A stretch of 32,130 nt of DNA, from IMG/VR virus record IMGVR_UViG_3300021082_000076, positions 1-32,130 of that record. One strand, written 5' to 3'. Position numbers and translations under genes: made by a program. This DNA is from a virus. Lineage: Duplodnaviria > Caudoviricetes. Shown here piece by piece: positions 16,997 to 26,676 of this stretch; position 1 is the first letter of the stretch, and every line of letters starts with the position of its first letter. Under the pieces are notes generated by a model, which made no database searches, was not told where the DNA came from, and saw nothing but the letters and a program-made list of their open reading frames with translations.

Positions 16997-17392
16997 ATGA
17001 ATGCACCGAGACAAGCCCAAGCACGCCCACTACCCGACATAGAGAACGACCACCGCGTGGCGGCGCTCGCCAAGGTCACGCAGATGCATGACGATTTGAT
17101 TTCCGCAAACGCGGCCATCCAGCAATACCGCATCGACCTCAACCGCGAGCATGACCGCGTGCAGATGATGGTCGAGGAACGCGATCGCTACCGCCACGAA
17201 TCGTTACGGCTGCACAAGATGCTGGTCGAGTTGACCACGCAAATGGCTAATATCGGACTACTGACCAGGCGCGCCGAGGACTTCGTCGCCAGCGTCAACG
17301 AGCTGGACCGGGCGCCGACGCCGACCACCGCGGCACTCGACGAGCTGGCCGCCGACCTCGGCACCAAGCAGCTGGAGAAAGTCCATGACTGA
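16997..17392 (+). CDS. Hypothetical coiled-coil protein
   Basis: GAGGA RBS before ATG 16997; heptad-rich sequence. Confidence 0.65.
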   Translation: MNAPRQAQARPLPDIENDHRVAALAKVTQMHDDLISANAAIQQYRIDLNREHDRVQMMVEERDRYRHESLRLHKMLVELTTQMANIGLLTRRAEDFVASVNELDRAPTPTTAALDELAADLGTKQLEKVHD

Positions 17393-17681
17393 AGTCTTCA
17401 AGGTCATCAAAGGCGAACTCGACCCGGACGTCTCACTGAAAGCGGGATGGGCCGCGTTCGCCGGCTGCCTGCGCGAAGCCGGATCCGGCGAAGACCAAAT
17501 CAGCGCCATGCGGTCGGCCTACTTCATGGGCGGCGCGCAGGCGTTCATGAGCATCGACGCGGCGGCGAAGATCGGCATGGCCGAGCTGTCCGCGGTCATG
17601 AACCAGATGTTCAAGGACGTGGACGAGGAAATGACGCGCAACGCATCAGCACTGCTGCAAGACACTCAGGGGAGTGCCTGA
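17385..17681 (+). CDS. Hypothetical protein
   Basis: GGAG RBS; overlaps both neighbours; 'MRSAYFMGGAQ' helix. Confidence 0.65.
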   Translation: MTEVFKVIKGELDPDVSLKAGWAAFAGCLREAGSGEDQISAMRSAYFMGGAQAFMSIDAAAKIGMAELSAVMNQMFKDVDEEMTRNASALLQDTQGSA

Positions 17682-17893
17682 TGGCCTGGAAACCGGAGGT
17701 GCGCGTCCACAACGACCCGAAGTGGTACGACAACGCGGTCCGCTGCGAAACCGAAGCCGAAGCAATGGCTTACGCCAAAGACCTGGAAGCGCGCTGGACC
17801 TCGGCACGGGAAGTCCGCGCCGTCGAGTGCGAGGATCCAGTGAACGGCCACTGGGTCAAGGGCAAGTGGAAGTGGAACGAGGACGTGCGCTGA
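17681..17893 (+). CDS. Hypothetical protein (Trp-rich, 70 aa)
   Basis: TGATG coupling and GGGAG RBS; begins MAWKPEVRVHNDPKWYDN. Confidence 0.65.
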   Translation: MAWKPEVRVHNDPKWYDNAVRCETEAEAMAYAKDLEARWTSAREVRAVECEDPVNGHWVKGKWKWNEDVR

Positions 17894-18147
17894 TGAGCGG
17901 CGTGATCTTCAACCCCGACGGCACGATCTCGCGCCAGCGCAAGCAGCGGTGCAAGGACTGCGGCGCGATGTGGGAGTGCGACATCTGCTGGGAGCATGTG
18001 CGCGACTGGTCGCCGTTCGTTGTCCTGCACTGCTTCATTTGCCGCATGCCGCAGGCCAGGTTCGACGGCGGCGGCAGCGCAATGCTGTGCGAGTGGTGCG
18101 GCGCCGACGAGGCGGAATTCTCAACCAAAACAAGGCCGGCAAAATGA
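17893..18147 (+). CDS. Zn-binding hypothetical protein
   Basis: TGATG coupling; four CxxC pairs (CKDC, CDIC, CFIC, CEWC). Confidence 0.6.
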   Translation: MSGVIFNPDGTISRQRKQRCKDCGAMWECDICWEHVRDWSPFVVLHCFICRMPQARFDGGGSAMLCEWCGADEAEFSTKTRPAK

Positions 18148-18737
18148 GCCAACCCTGGACCCACACCGCCATGTTCAGACCAGCACACCCCCGCATCGAC
18201 GAGCACTACGTCGAGCCATTCTGGGTCAGCGAACGGTTGTTTGAAGAAGAGAAGTTCAAGGGCCGAATCTACGACCCTGCTTGCGGCTTCGGCCGGATTG
18301 TCGTCACAGCATTAAGACGCGGTTTTGACGCCTACGGCGCCGATTTAGTCGATCGTGGACGCGAACCGCAACGAGAACTCTATTTTTGCGGTTACACACC
18401 CGAAGATTTCTTCGACCATGAAAGCGTACACAATAACATCGTGTCGAACCCGCCGTTCGACAGGTTTGAAGAGTTCACCAAACACGCACTAGCCCGCACA
18501 ACCGACAAAGTGGCATTGATCATGCCGACTGCGCGGCTCAACGCCGCCCGCTGGCTATATGACACGCCACTGCAGAGTGTGTGGCTGCTGACCCCGCGGC
18601 CGTCGATGCCGCCGGGGCATGTCATTAAAGCGAACGGCAAGGTGGGCGGCGGCAAAAGCGATTATTGCTGGCTGGTATTCAAACATGGGTACAGCAGCCA
18701 CCCAGAGTTGAAGTGGATGCGCCGCGATGTCCCATGA
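18144..18737 (+). CDS. DNA amino-methyltransferase (probably N6-adenine)
   Basis: SAM-binding motif I 'YDPACGFG' precedes catalytic motif IV 'VSNPPF'; 197 aa minimal phage type. Confidence 0.85.
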   Translation: MSQPWTHTAMFRPAHPRIDEHYVEPFWVSERLFEEEKFKGRIYDPACGFGRIVVTALRRGFDAYGADLVDRGREPQRELYFCGYTPEDFFDHESVHNNIVSNPPFDRFEEFTKHALARTTDKVALIMPTARLNAARWLYDTPLQSVWLLTPRPSMPPGHVIKANGKVGGGKSDYCWLVFKHGYSSHPELKWMRRDVP

Positions 18738-18921
18738 AAAGGAGATGTACGCGGCGCTGACTGAAATCGAACGGCAGCTCAATATCGGCATGCGCGAGCT
18801 TATGCGCCTGGCCGACAAAAACGAAAAGTTACGCACAGCTTTACGCGAGATCGCCGCCCTGCACGATGTCGACGCCGACCAATGCATGATGATAGCGATG
18901 CGCGCACTGGAACAGGACTAA
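18727..18921 (+). CDS. Hypothetical small protein
   Basis: Overlaps the MTase end; 'NEKLRTALREIA...IAMRALE' is a common phage small-protein pattern. Confidence 0.6.
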   Translation: MSHEKEMYAALTEIERQLNIGMRELMRLADKNEKLRTALREIAALHDVDADQCMMIAMRALEQD

Positions 18922-18972
18922 CGGAAGAGTATGGTGGTGACTTCACGTATCAAACGGATAACGAGGCCCACC

Positions 18973-19185
18973 ATGCCGCCAGTGCGGTTCGTCTATCTGA
19001 CCATTCCCCAACGCGACACCGTCGTCCTCAACGTCAACACCGGCGACGTCCACGCCCGCTACCGGGTCAACCGCGAGCAACTATTCCAACTCAACAAGCA
19101 AATCGTCGAGATCCTGACCACGAACAAGTTCGACGAGGACGGCACGCAGCTGGTGCTCGACCTGGAAAAGGCTGCTAGTCTTTAA
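18973..19185 (+). CDS. Hypothetical protein
   Basis: GAGG RBS before ATG 18973 (alternative start 18931); converges on the helicase stop. Confidence 0.55.
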   Translation: MPPVRFVYLTIPQRDTVVLNVNTGDVHARYRVNREQLFQLNKQIVEILTTNKFDEDGTQLVLDLEKAASL

Positions 19186-20588
19186 GCGTTCACGACGATC
19201 CCTTCGACTTGATGGCGCCGCAGGTAGGCTTCAAACGCCTGCTGCGCCGTCATTTTCTCATGCACCCGATCGAGCTTCATCTGGTCGACTGTGTCGGTTG
19301 CCAGACAGACACGGACGACCACCGGCTTAGTCTGGCCGGAACGATATAAGCGAGCGATCGTTTGCTCCCACAATTCTGGTGACCAGGTCGGAGAGATCCA
19401 GGCCATGTCGCAGCCGCCGTGTTGCAGGTTCAAGCCGTGGCCGCCCGATGCCGGGTGCAGTGCCATGAACGGCAGCTTCCCCTCATTCCACTGGGTGATG
19501 AATTGATCCGATTCCTTGTTGGTGACCCCGTCACCGAGGTACGGCAAATCCTGGCCGAGCAGCCGGCGCAGCATTTCCAGATCCTCGCGATATTCGTAAA
19601 CGAACAGAGTAGGCCCCGCGGCACTCTCGATGATGTCGTTTGCCCACTGCTCCTTCTCCGGGTGGATACTGAAGGTCATACCGTTGTCGTAGACGAAACC
19701 GTTGGCGATCTGCGCGAGCTTGCCAGTGGCAACGGCCGCCGACGCCGCCAGAATGGCTTCGCCGCCGCCGTCCCACAGCAGCAGCTTCTCTTCCATGTCC
19801 TGGTACTGCTTGCGGGCGGTGGGCGGCAGCTCTATCCGATCGAAGATGATCGACAATTCCGGCAGCTGCGGCAGCTCGTCGTCGCGCAGGGTGACGCAAA
19901 GCGGTGCCAGCTCGGCATTGATCGTTTCCTCCGCACCCGGCAGGGGCGCCCATGTATAGCCCTGGTAATCAAGCGGGTAGAAGCGCGTCTTGCGCCAACT
20001 GTAGAACGACTTTCCCCAGAGTTTTCCACGGGTTACCACCGTGGCCGGCATAAACAGATCCTCGGCGCCGGACGGCCGCAACGTGCCGGTCAGGCCCCAG
20101 AGCATGCGCCACCGCTTGGCGTACCGGAGTAGCCGCCGCGCACGCACGCCGGAGGGGTCGCGCAGTTTGGATATCTCGTCGATCACCAGCAGGTCGAACA
20201 GCCGCGAATCGTCCGGCAGTTTGACCAGGGTGTCGACCAGCCACTCGACCACGTCGATGCCGACGATGGTGATGTCGAACACGCCGGCGTGCGCCTCGGC
20301 CAGGCCGATCGCCCGCTGCTGCGGCGTGCCGGTCAGCACCTGGTAGGACAGCCCGTGAGTGTGCGCCCACAGCTTGATCTCGTCCGGCCAGACCATGCGC
20401 GCCACCCGCTTGGGCGCGATCACCAGGGCGTGGCGGATGTGCTTGTCGCGCAGTAGCTCCTCGATCGCGGTCAGCGCCGCAATGGTCTTGCCGCCACCCG
20501 GCCTGGCGACCGCGATCTTCTCGTCGTTCTCGTAGAGCGCGCCAGCGATGCGCTGCTGATACGGCCGCAGTTCAGATTTATTTCTCAT
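19182..20588 (-). CDS. SNF2-family (SF2) helicase
   Basis: Q motif LRPYQ, Walker A PGGGKT, Walker B VIDEIS, motif III LTGT, GHGLNLQ, motif VI QTIARLYRSGQ. Confidence 0.93.
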   Translation of the reverse strand: MRNKSELRPYQQRIAGALYENDEKIAVARPGGGKTIAALTAIEELLRDKHIRHALVIAPKRVARMVWPDEIKLWAHTHGLSYQVLTGTPQQRAIGLAEAHAGVFDITIVGIDVVEWLVDTLVKLPDDSRLFDLLVIDEISKLRDPSGVRARRLLRYAKRWRMLWGLTGTLRPSGAEDLFMPATVVTRGKLWGKSFYSWRKTRFYPLDYQGYTWAPLPGAEETINAELAPLCVTLRDDELPQLPELSIIFDRIELPPTARKQYQDMEEKLLLWDGGGEAILAASAAVATGKLAQIANGFVYDNGMTFSIHPEKEQWANDIIESAAGPTLFVYEYREDLEMLRRLLGQDLPYLGDGVTNKESDQFITQWNEGKLPFMALHPASGGHGLNLQHGGCDMAWISPTWSPELWEQTIARLYRSGQTKPVVVRVCLATDTVDQMKLDRVHEKMTAQQAFEAYLRRHQVEGIVVNA

Positions 20589-20871
20589 AGAACCCCCTAG
20601 GATCCGAAAGCTCCTCGAGCGCCTCTTCTTCTTCGCCGGTCAGCTCCAAGACTCTCGCAAACCATCGCTTCGGTAGTTTGGTCATTCCCGACCGATACGC
20701 CGGCGTGACCGAATCCAAACGCGCGAACCGCAATGGCTTCTCGGTGTCGCTGTCGCGCTGGCAGTCCATACAGGCACCCTGCATCAACGAGACATCACCC
20801 GCCGGCGCCTCCCACATCCCGCTGCAGCATTCGCAGGTCGCCACATTGATCCGATACTTCACATTTCTCAT
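20578..20871 (-). CDS. Hypothetical Zn-ribbon protein
   Basis: CECC and CMDC motifs; overlaps both neighbours. Confidence 0.55.
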   Translation of the reverse strand: MRNVKYRINVATCECCSGMWEAPAGDVSLMQGACMDCQRDSDTEKPLRFARLDSVTPAYRSGMTKLPKRWFARVLELTGEEEEALEELSDPRGFYEK

Positions 20872-21572
20872 AACGGCACCATCACCCTTTCTATGAAGGC
20901 CTTGGCCTCACGCCAGTCATTACGGTTGCGGCCCTCCCAGCGGGCGGCGAACGACCACGCCATCGAGTCGGCACTGTGCAGGCAGCCGCGCACCACCCGC
21001 GAAGTCAGCGCCGTGGTCTTCAGGCCGAAGCCGTGCAGTTTCAGGTCCGGCCGGGAGAGCTTGATGGCGAGCAGGATGTCTTCGATCGCGCCGATGTCGG
21101 TGTTGCGCTTGCACACCGAGCCAACGCCGACATAGGCGCCGTGCGGCAGCAGGTCGCCGTACATCTGGATGTGCTGGGTGTAGTCGGTCCTGGCGTAACC
21201 CTGCAGCACCGGCATGACGTAGGTATGGTCGATCATGCCACGCAGCTGGGTGTATCGCTCGGTGGTCAGGCGCTGATGCGCCTCGACAGTTAAGCCCGTC
21301 TTCTCGAGGATGAACGGCTCGCACATGTAGTCCTGCGACACCACCGCGGTCAGCGTCGGATCGTGCGCCCAGCGATTGATAGCCGTGGCATATTCGGCCA
21401 CGCTGCTACGGTAGCGGCCGTGCGTCGACAGCTCGGTGAAGGCGCCGGAATCCATGATCCAGTCGCCGGCGCCGAGCGGCTTCACCCGCACGTGCAGCCG
21501 GTTCACGCTGATGAAAGCATGCTGGAAATGCTTGGCATCGGAGGGCTGGTGCAAGCCGACGTAGAACTTCAT
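20868..21572 (-). CDS. dpdA: DpdA-like / tRNA-guanine transglycosylase-fold base-exchange enzyme
   Basis: 'WIMDSGAF', 'QDYMCEP', 'MPVLQG', 'VGVGSVC', 'LHGFG', 'SADSMAWS' match the phage TGT/DpdA-like family. ATGA-coupled start at 21572. Confidence 0.75.
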   Translation of the reverse strand: MKFYVGLHQPSDAKHFQHAFISVNRLHVRVKPLGAGDWIMDSGAFTELSTHGRYRSSVAEYATAINRWAHDPTLTAVVSQDYMCEPFILEKTGLTVEAHQRLTTERYTQLRGMIDHTYVMPVLQGYARTDYTQHIQMYGDLLPHGAYVGVGSVCKRNTDIGAIEDILLAIKLSRPDLKLHGFGLKTTALTSRVVRGCLHSADSMAWSFAARWEGRNRNDWREAKAFIERVMVPL

Positions 21573-21976
21573 ATTGCGCCCGCCCGCCGCGCCAGATCCC
21601 GGAGCCAGATCCATTGCTTGTCGGAGAATGTAACCCGGCCGTAGATCTGCGCCCGATCGACCAGGCCGGCCAGGAACTGGCGCGATCGATTGTTGATCGG
21701 GCTGCGGAGGATCAAATGCACCATCCGCTTGAGTTCTTCCGCAGTCATGCTCTGTGGCCCGCCTGGCGTTTCCGCTTTGCGTGGTGGCGACTTTGGCGCC
21801 GCGCGCGCCGCCTCGCCGATCGAGCCGACCAGGTCATGCCAGTCGAGGCCATGTTGCTTGAGCAGGGCAGTGACCTTGGCCGCGGCAGCTGCGCTCTCGC
21901 CCTCATGGTTGGACCCGAGCAGAAGCAAAAGCTTGTTGAGCCGTTCACGGATCTCGAGTGGAATCGAGCGCGCCAT
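21569..21976 (-). CDS. Hypothetical protein with DUF2786-like N-terminus
   Basis: 'RLNKLLLLLGSNHEGESAAAAAKVTALLKQHGLDWHDL' and C-terminal 'SDKQWIWLRDL'. Confidence 0.65.
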   Translation of the reverse strand: MARSIPLEIRERLNKLLLLLGSNHEGESAAAAAKVTALLKQHGLDWHDLVGSIGEAARAAPKSPPRKAETPGGPQSMTAEELKRMVHLILRSPINNRSRQFLAGLVDRAQIYGRVTFSDKQWIWLRDLARRAGAI

Positions 21977-24135
21977 CACTTGCCTTCCCACTTGGAATAG
22001 TACGACTGCACGGTCTCATCCGACATCAGCGGCAGACCGTCGGTCCAGTCGAAGCCCTGCCGCATGGTGGCGCGCAGCGAGTTCGCTACACCTTGCGCCT
22101 CATCCTCGCGGCACTCGACCAGCACCTCGTCATGGGAATGCAACCGGGCGCCGCGGCCGGCCTGCTCGAGCCGCACCAGAGTGCCGCGCAGCAAGTCCGC
22201 GGCGGTGGCCTGCACCACGTTCTCGCACAAGGTGCCGTGCCAGATCTTCGCTCTGTTGTGACCCTTCCAGAACCGTAGCTGGAATGACTTACCGATGACG
22301 TTGCCGTCGTCGTCCAGGTCATCGACCTTTTCATATTTGATGCCGCGGTAGGCCAGGCAGCGGCCAGACGGCAAATAGCAATACAGCGTGCCGCCGAGGA
22401 TCTGTTGCATGTAGACGTAAGCCACCCGGCCGACGACCCGCACGGTGCCAGGGTTCTCGTAGGCCTTGTTGGCGGCGCCCCACAGGCCATAGCTGGTGCC
22501 GTCGGTATCGTGCCGGCCCCAGAACTTAACGCACCAGCTATTGGCCTCGCGCCACCGCTGGACGATGTCGCGGGCTTCGTGCTCGGGCAGGTACAAACCA
22601 TAGCCAGCGCCCATAGCGGCCAGCGCCCCGGTACCGCCGCCGAAGCCGAGCGCCAGCTCGGCGACCTTGCCGCGCTGCCGCAACGCCTTGGTGACATTGC
22701 CGAGCAGCTTGATGTCGGAGATCTCTGCCGCCGTGCGGGTGTAGAGGTCCGGCAGGTTGGGGTTTTCGTCGACGTCGCGGAAGATCTGCAGCCGCTTCAG
22801 CGCGCCCTCCGACTCTGGACCACACAGCCACGGCAATACTCTCGCCTCAATCTGGCTGAAGTCGGAAACCACGAACTGATTCGTTCCCGCGGGAATAAAA
22901 GTAGGACGAATCAGCAACGCCAGCTTGCGCAACACCGGCGTGCTGTCACCGAGCGCGGCAAGCTGGTCATAGTCGGCGCCGTTGAGGATCGCCTCGATCG
23001 CATCGTGCTCATAAGGCAAAAAAGCCCGGGCCAGATTCTGAATCTGCACGCCGCGGGATGAGGCACGGCCGGTCTGTGCGGCGCCATTGAAGACGTACTG
23101 CCCGTACAGCGTGCCGCCGACGTGCTGCTCGAGGATCTTGTTGTACTTGGCCGGCGTGGTCGACCCGCCGTACAGGCGGATCTCCAGAGCTTGCATGGCC
23201 GACGGCATGCCAACGGCGCGGCAGTATGGGATCAGCTTCTCGATCCGGGAGCGGGTCAACGAGAACTTGGCCGGCCGGCCTGGCCGGTCGTCAGTGGCCT
23301 CGGTCTCCTCGCGCTTGGTCAGGATCTTAATCCCGTCCGGCGGCAGGTTGGCGAGCAGCCACTGGGTCAATTGCTGGACCTGGCCGACACTGACGACAGC
23401 GCCGCCGGTCAACTCGCGCAGTTCCTGGCCGCCGCGGACCTTGGCCACCCGGGTCAGCGCGTCCGCCTTGCGGGCGAACGTAACGTCTATGCCTATGCCG
23501 CGATCGTTGACCGCCTCCATCGCCCAGTATTCCTGCCATTCCTGGAGTGGCAGCTGCCTCGTCCACCGGAACAGGCTGCGCATCGCCTCGATATCGCCGA
23601 TCGCGTAGGCGCAAAACGCCGCCCATTCCGCCGGGTGCGACTGCGGCGTGGCAGTGGAGTCGGGCAGACAGAATAGCTTGATGTACTCCAAGCCGTTGGC
23701 GACCTTGAGCGTAGCCCCGCTGGCCTTGCAGGCGCCAGCCAGGTCCGGCGGCAGGCCCGCCGCGGTCGCCTGCACCGACGGGTCGATGACCATGTTGGGA
23801 CGGATCTTGGGGGCGTCGATCAGGGTGTTGTTCCAGATCGCCCGGTCGAAGCCGGCGTTAAACGCCGCGAATATGCCGTCGCCGCCCAAGGCGCGACCGT
23901 AAAATTGCGCGAAATCCAGCGGGATGTGGTGCCAGCGCAGCGGATCGCCGGGGGTAGGCGCCGTGACCAGCCGGACCGGCCGGTGGCCGATGGCATAGGT
24001 CAGGATAATTGCCGCGGCATCACGATCGCAGGCGTAGCGCGGCGCGCCGACGTCCTGCAGGTCGGCGCCGGACCGGGTCTCAAAATCAAACCAGCAGATA
24101 GCGGAGGAATCGAAGGTACGGGCAGACATAGGCAT
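21976..24135 (-). CDS. polA: DNA polymerase family A with 3'-5' exonuclease
   Basis: ExoI DFETRS, ExoII FNAGFD, ExoIII YAIGD; motif A SDFSQIEARV, motif B RQRGKVAELALGFG, motif C HSHDEV. Confidence 0.95.
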   Translation of the reverse strand: MPMSARTFDSSAICWFDFETRSGADLQDVGAPRYACDRDAAAIILTYAIGHRPVRLVTAPTPGDPLRWHHIPLDFAQFYGRALGGDGIFAAFNAGFDRAIWNNTLIDAPKIRPNMVIDPSVQATAAGLPPDLAGACKASGATLKVANGLEYIKLFCLPDSTATPQSHPAEWAAFCAYAIGDIEAMRSLFRWTRQLPLQEWQEYWAMEAVNDRGIGIDVTFARKADALTRVAKVRGGQELRELTGGAVVSVGQVQQLTQWLLANLPPDGIKILTKREETEATDDRPGRPAKFSLTRSRIEKLIPYCRAVGMPSAMQALEIRLYGGSTTPAKYNKILEQHVGGTLYGQYVFNGAAQTGRASSRGVQIQNLARAFLPYEHDAIEAILNGADYDQLAALGDSTPVLRKLALLIRPTFIPAGTNQFVVSDFSQIEARVLPWLCGPESEGALKRLQIFRDVDENPNLPDLYTRTAAEISDIKLLGNVTKALRQRGKVAELALGFGGGTGALAAMGAGYGLYLPEHEARDIVQRWREANSWCVKFWGRHDTDGTSYGLWGAANKAYENPGTVRVVGRVAYVYMQQILGGTLYCYLPSGRCLAYRGIKYEKVDDLDDDGNVIGKSFQLRFWKGHNRAKIWHGTLCENVVQATAADLLRGTLVRLEQAGRGARLHSHDEVLVECREDEAQGVANSLRATMRQGFDWTDGLPLMSDETVQSYYSKWEGK

Positions 24136-24156
24136 TCCCTGGGATGGGAGGGAAGG

Positions 24157-24180
24157 CCCAGGCCCTGGGAAGGGCCTGGG
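24157..24180. terminator. Perfect GC-rich hairpin between the SSB-like gene and the polymerase
   Basis: CCCAGGCCCT-GGGA-AGGGCCTGGG, a 10-bp stem. The U-tract is weak, so it may be an attenuator or mRNA stabiliser. Confidence 0.5.
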
Positions 24181-24195
24181 TGGCGTTTGGCAGGT

Positions 24196-24972
24196 CTAGG
24201 CTGCCGGTGGCCGGCGGCGTTGCGCCGGACGCACTGGCGCCTGCGCAGGCTCGGCTGGGGTGTCTTCCACCAAGGCCGGCTTGCTGCGGGCCTTGGCCGC
24301 GGCACCGGCCGGCGCCGGCTTCGGCGCATCCGGCGCGGCCGGCTCGCCTTCCGACTTCAGGTTGCCCTGCATGTCGGCCCAGTCGACGACCTCAAAGATC
24401 GGATTGTGGATCCAGCCGTAGTCGGAGTGCTTGTACTTCTCCGACTTGAACTGGATCACCGGGCAGGGGAATTTACGGTCGTTCTTGAGCTGTGCCTTGA
24501 CCGCATCCTCGAGCTTTTTAAAGCCCTTCATCGTGCCAACCGACCCGTTCTTGAACTGGACCTCTTTGCCCTCGTCCTCACCGTTGAGACACACCGCTTC
24601 AAACGAGCGTTGCTCGGCAAAGGGGAAGCCCTCGATCGCGCCTGGCTTGGGTGGCTTCGGCTCGTACATCGGCACCATGACTTCGCCGAGCCGCTCATTT
24701 TTCCTGGTCCCTTGGTAGTTCGACCAGCAGATGAAGCCGTGGCAGATCGACACAATGTTGATCCACCACTTGGAACCGACCTGCATCGGCTCGTCGGATT
24801 GGCCAATATTCCAGGTGCCGTCGTTCTTGGAGAGCTTGATCAGATCCTTGCCGCCGCCGGCTACCAGGGTGGTGGCCTGGCTTTCCTCAATGCCAGCTAG
24901 CAGCCGGTCGGCAAGGTCGTCCGGCAGCGACAATGCTGTCGAGCCGAGAGATCGCTTAACGATATCGTTCAT
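24196..24972 (-). CDS. Putative single-stranded DNA-binding protein
   Basis: Sits between DUF2800 and PolA, the usual SSB slot. It has a beta-rich aromatic core ('HGFICW','PIFEVVDW') and a disordered tail. Confidence 0.55.
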   Translation of the reverse strand: MNDIVKRSLGSTALSLPDDLADRLLAGIEESQATTLVAGGGKDLIKLSKNDGTWNIGQSDEPMQVGSKWWINIVSICHGFICWSNYQGTRKNERLGEVMVPMYEPKPPKPGAIEGFPFAEQRSFEAVCLNGEDEGKEVQFKNGSVGTMKGFKKLEDAVKAQLKNDRKFPCPVIQFKSEKYKHSDYGWIHNPIFEVVDWADMQGNLKSEGEPAAPDAPKPAPAGAAAKARSKPALVEDTPAEPAQAPVRPAQRRRPPAA

Positions 24973-25039
24973 GTTCGCGTGTCCTTCTGGGTTAAGTTCT
25001 AGTGACCGGCGCAAATACCAAAACCGGCCAGGTATTGTG

Positions 25040-26308
25040 TCACGAATTTTGTTCGTGACGCAATTGCTTGAGCGCCGCGGCGAACTCTTCGTTGGCTTTG
25101 GCGCGATCGATGCGCGGCGCCGGGTCGCTTTCCGGCACGATCACAGTCTCATCTGTTTCCGGCGCAACGCGCAGGTGGTCGGGGATCTTGACCTTGAGCC
25201 GCTTGGCCGCCTTCTCGGCCACGCCGAAGGTCTGCAACTTGCGCTGCCAGATCTCGTCCTGGCCGAAGCCTAAGCGGGTGAGTTCATTGTTGACGACGTC
25301 CTCGTCGACCCACTGGCGCAGTTTGGTCTTCAGCTTGAGCTTCCAACCCGGCACGCTGCCGCCGTTCTCCAGGTAGGCGTGGACCTGCTCGTCGACCTGC
25401 TTTTTGTAGTCAGCTGCGAGGTCGGCCAAGTGCTTGGCCTTGGCGAGGAATTCACCATAGAGGGCAGCACTGCCGTCATTGACTTCGGACGCGCGCAATT
25501 GCGCCGGCATGATTTCCATGCCGACCAATTCGAACAGCGGCTCAGTATGCAATGGGCAGAATGGCCGAGCCGGACACCAGCGGCAGTGATCACCCAGCTT
25601 GAGCGGCGGGTTCTTGCCGAGCGCCTGGATGATGGCGTGGTCGACATCCTCGACGAACATATCGACTTCGATGCCGGTGATGACCGTGTGAGTTAGCCGC
25701 TCCGCGGTGCGCGGCTGGATCACCGCCACGGCGTAACGCTTGTTCTTGAACATGCTCGGCAGCTCGGACATGGCGCCGGCGAAGTAAAACAACAATTGCG
25801 GGTTGACGCGGTCGCCTTCGGGTTCGTGATAAACCGCCTTGACCGGCACCCCCATGCCAAACTTCCAGTCGACCAGGATGACAAACTTCTTATTGGCGAT
25901 CAGCAAGTCAGAGGTGCCGAAGGCACCAGGTACTGAGGGGAATTTTACTTTCAGTTCATTGGCGGCGACATGGAAGCGGCCGCCGTCGTATTGGTCCATC
26001 AACTCCCAGAGTGTCTCAATGGCGGGGATGATCGAATCATTGAGGTGATGATCCTCGAGCATGCGATCATAAAACACCTCGCCGACTAACTCCTCGGCCG
26101 TGTGGATCACGTCATCGATGGCGGGAAAGCCGTCGGTAAACATCGCCATCAAACGGTCCATGACCGCGTGCATGGCACTGCCATAGTTGGCGTATTCGCT
26201 GGGGATCTCGACCTGGTCGGGGATGCGCTGCAGTAATTGAAACGAGCCGGGGCAGTTCAATAGACGGTCGGCAGTAGAGCCGCCGACGATCGCGGAATGC
26301 TTGGTCAT
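25040..26308 (-). CDS. Cas4-like PD-(D/E)xK exonuclease (DUF2800 family)
   Basis: 'HSAIVGGSTADRLLNCPGS', 'GSAMH', 'FGTSD', 'DWKFG', 'NPQLLFY', 'IQPR', 'HCRWCPARPFCP'; GAGG RBS before ATG 26308. Confidence 0.9.
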   Translation of the reverse strand: MTKHSAIVGGSTADRLLNCPGSFQLLQRIPDQVEIPSEYANYGSAMHAVMDRLMAMFTDGFPAIDDVIHTAEELVGEVFYDRMLEDHHLNDSIIPAIETLWELMDQYDGGRFHVAANELKVKFPSVPGAFGTSDLLIANKKFVILVDWKFGMGVPVKAVYHEPEGDRVNPQLLFYFAGAMSELPSMFKNKRYAVAVIQPRTAERLTHTVITGIEVDMFVEDVDHAIIQALGKNPPLKLGDHCRWCPARPFCPLHTEPLFELVGMEIMPAQLRASEVNDGSAALYGEFLAKAKHLADLAADYKKQVDEQVHAYLENGGSVPGWKLKLKTKLRQWVDEDVVNNELTRLGFGQDEIWQRKLQTFGVAEKAAKRLKVKIPDHLRVAPETDETVIVPESDPAPRIDRAKANEEFAAALKQLRHEQNS

Positions 26309-26351
26309 GTTATCCTCGGTTCTGTTATCTGGGAGTAACAGGACATAATCC

Positions 26352-26642
26352 ATGACAAGTGTCAAATTTTCTGTGAAAGAGAATAAGATCGAACGCGAAC
26401 TGCGGCAGCGTGTCGAAGACCACGGCGGCGAGTGCATCAAGGTGCGGGCGATCGGCCGGCGCGGATTCTTCGACCGGGTGGTAACCCTGCCAGGCGGCCG
26501 GGTGGTATTCGTCGAAGTGAAGCGGCCGAAAGGCGGCAAGGTGTCGGTACACCAGCGCAAGTATCATGAGCGGTTTGCCGAGCTAGGTATAGCGATTGCT
26601 CTGGTGAAAACCTCGGCGGATATTGATGCGTTGCTGAAATGA
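26352..26642 (+). CDS. VRR-NUC domain nuclease
   Basis: 'ENKIERELR', 'GFFDRVV', 'FVEVKRPKGGKVSVHQ'. Confidence 0.9.
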   Translation: MTSVKFSVKENKIERELRQRVEDHGGECIKVRAIGRRGFFDRVVTLPGGRVVFVEVKRPKGGKVSVHQRKYHERFAELGIAIALVKTSADIDALLK

Positions 26643-26676
26643 AAAAGCCGGCAGGGGGCGAAACACCCTGCCGGCT
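26642..26676 (-). terminator. Hairpin terminator (U-tract on the minus strand)
   Basis: AGCCGGCAGGG..CCCTGCCGGCT, an 11-bp stem preceded by an A-run on +. Confidence 0.6.

Noticed and set aside
20580-20872. Two adjacent minus-strand genes both starting ATGAGAAAT (MRN)
   Set aside because: The match is only about 10 bp including the start codon, which is compatible with chance.
25040-26308. Cas4-like nuclease as evidence of a CRISPR system
   Set aside because: No repeat-spacer array or other cas genes were seen. DUF2800 beside SSB and PolA is a standard phage replication/recombination gene.
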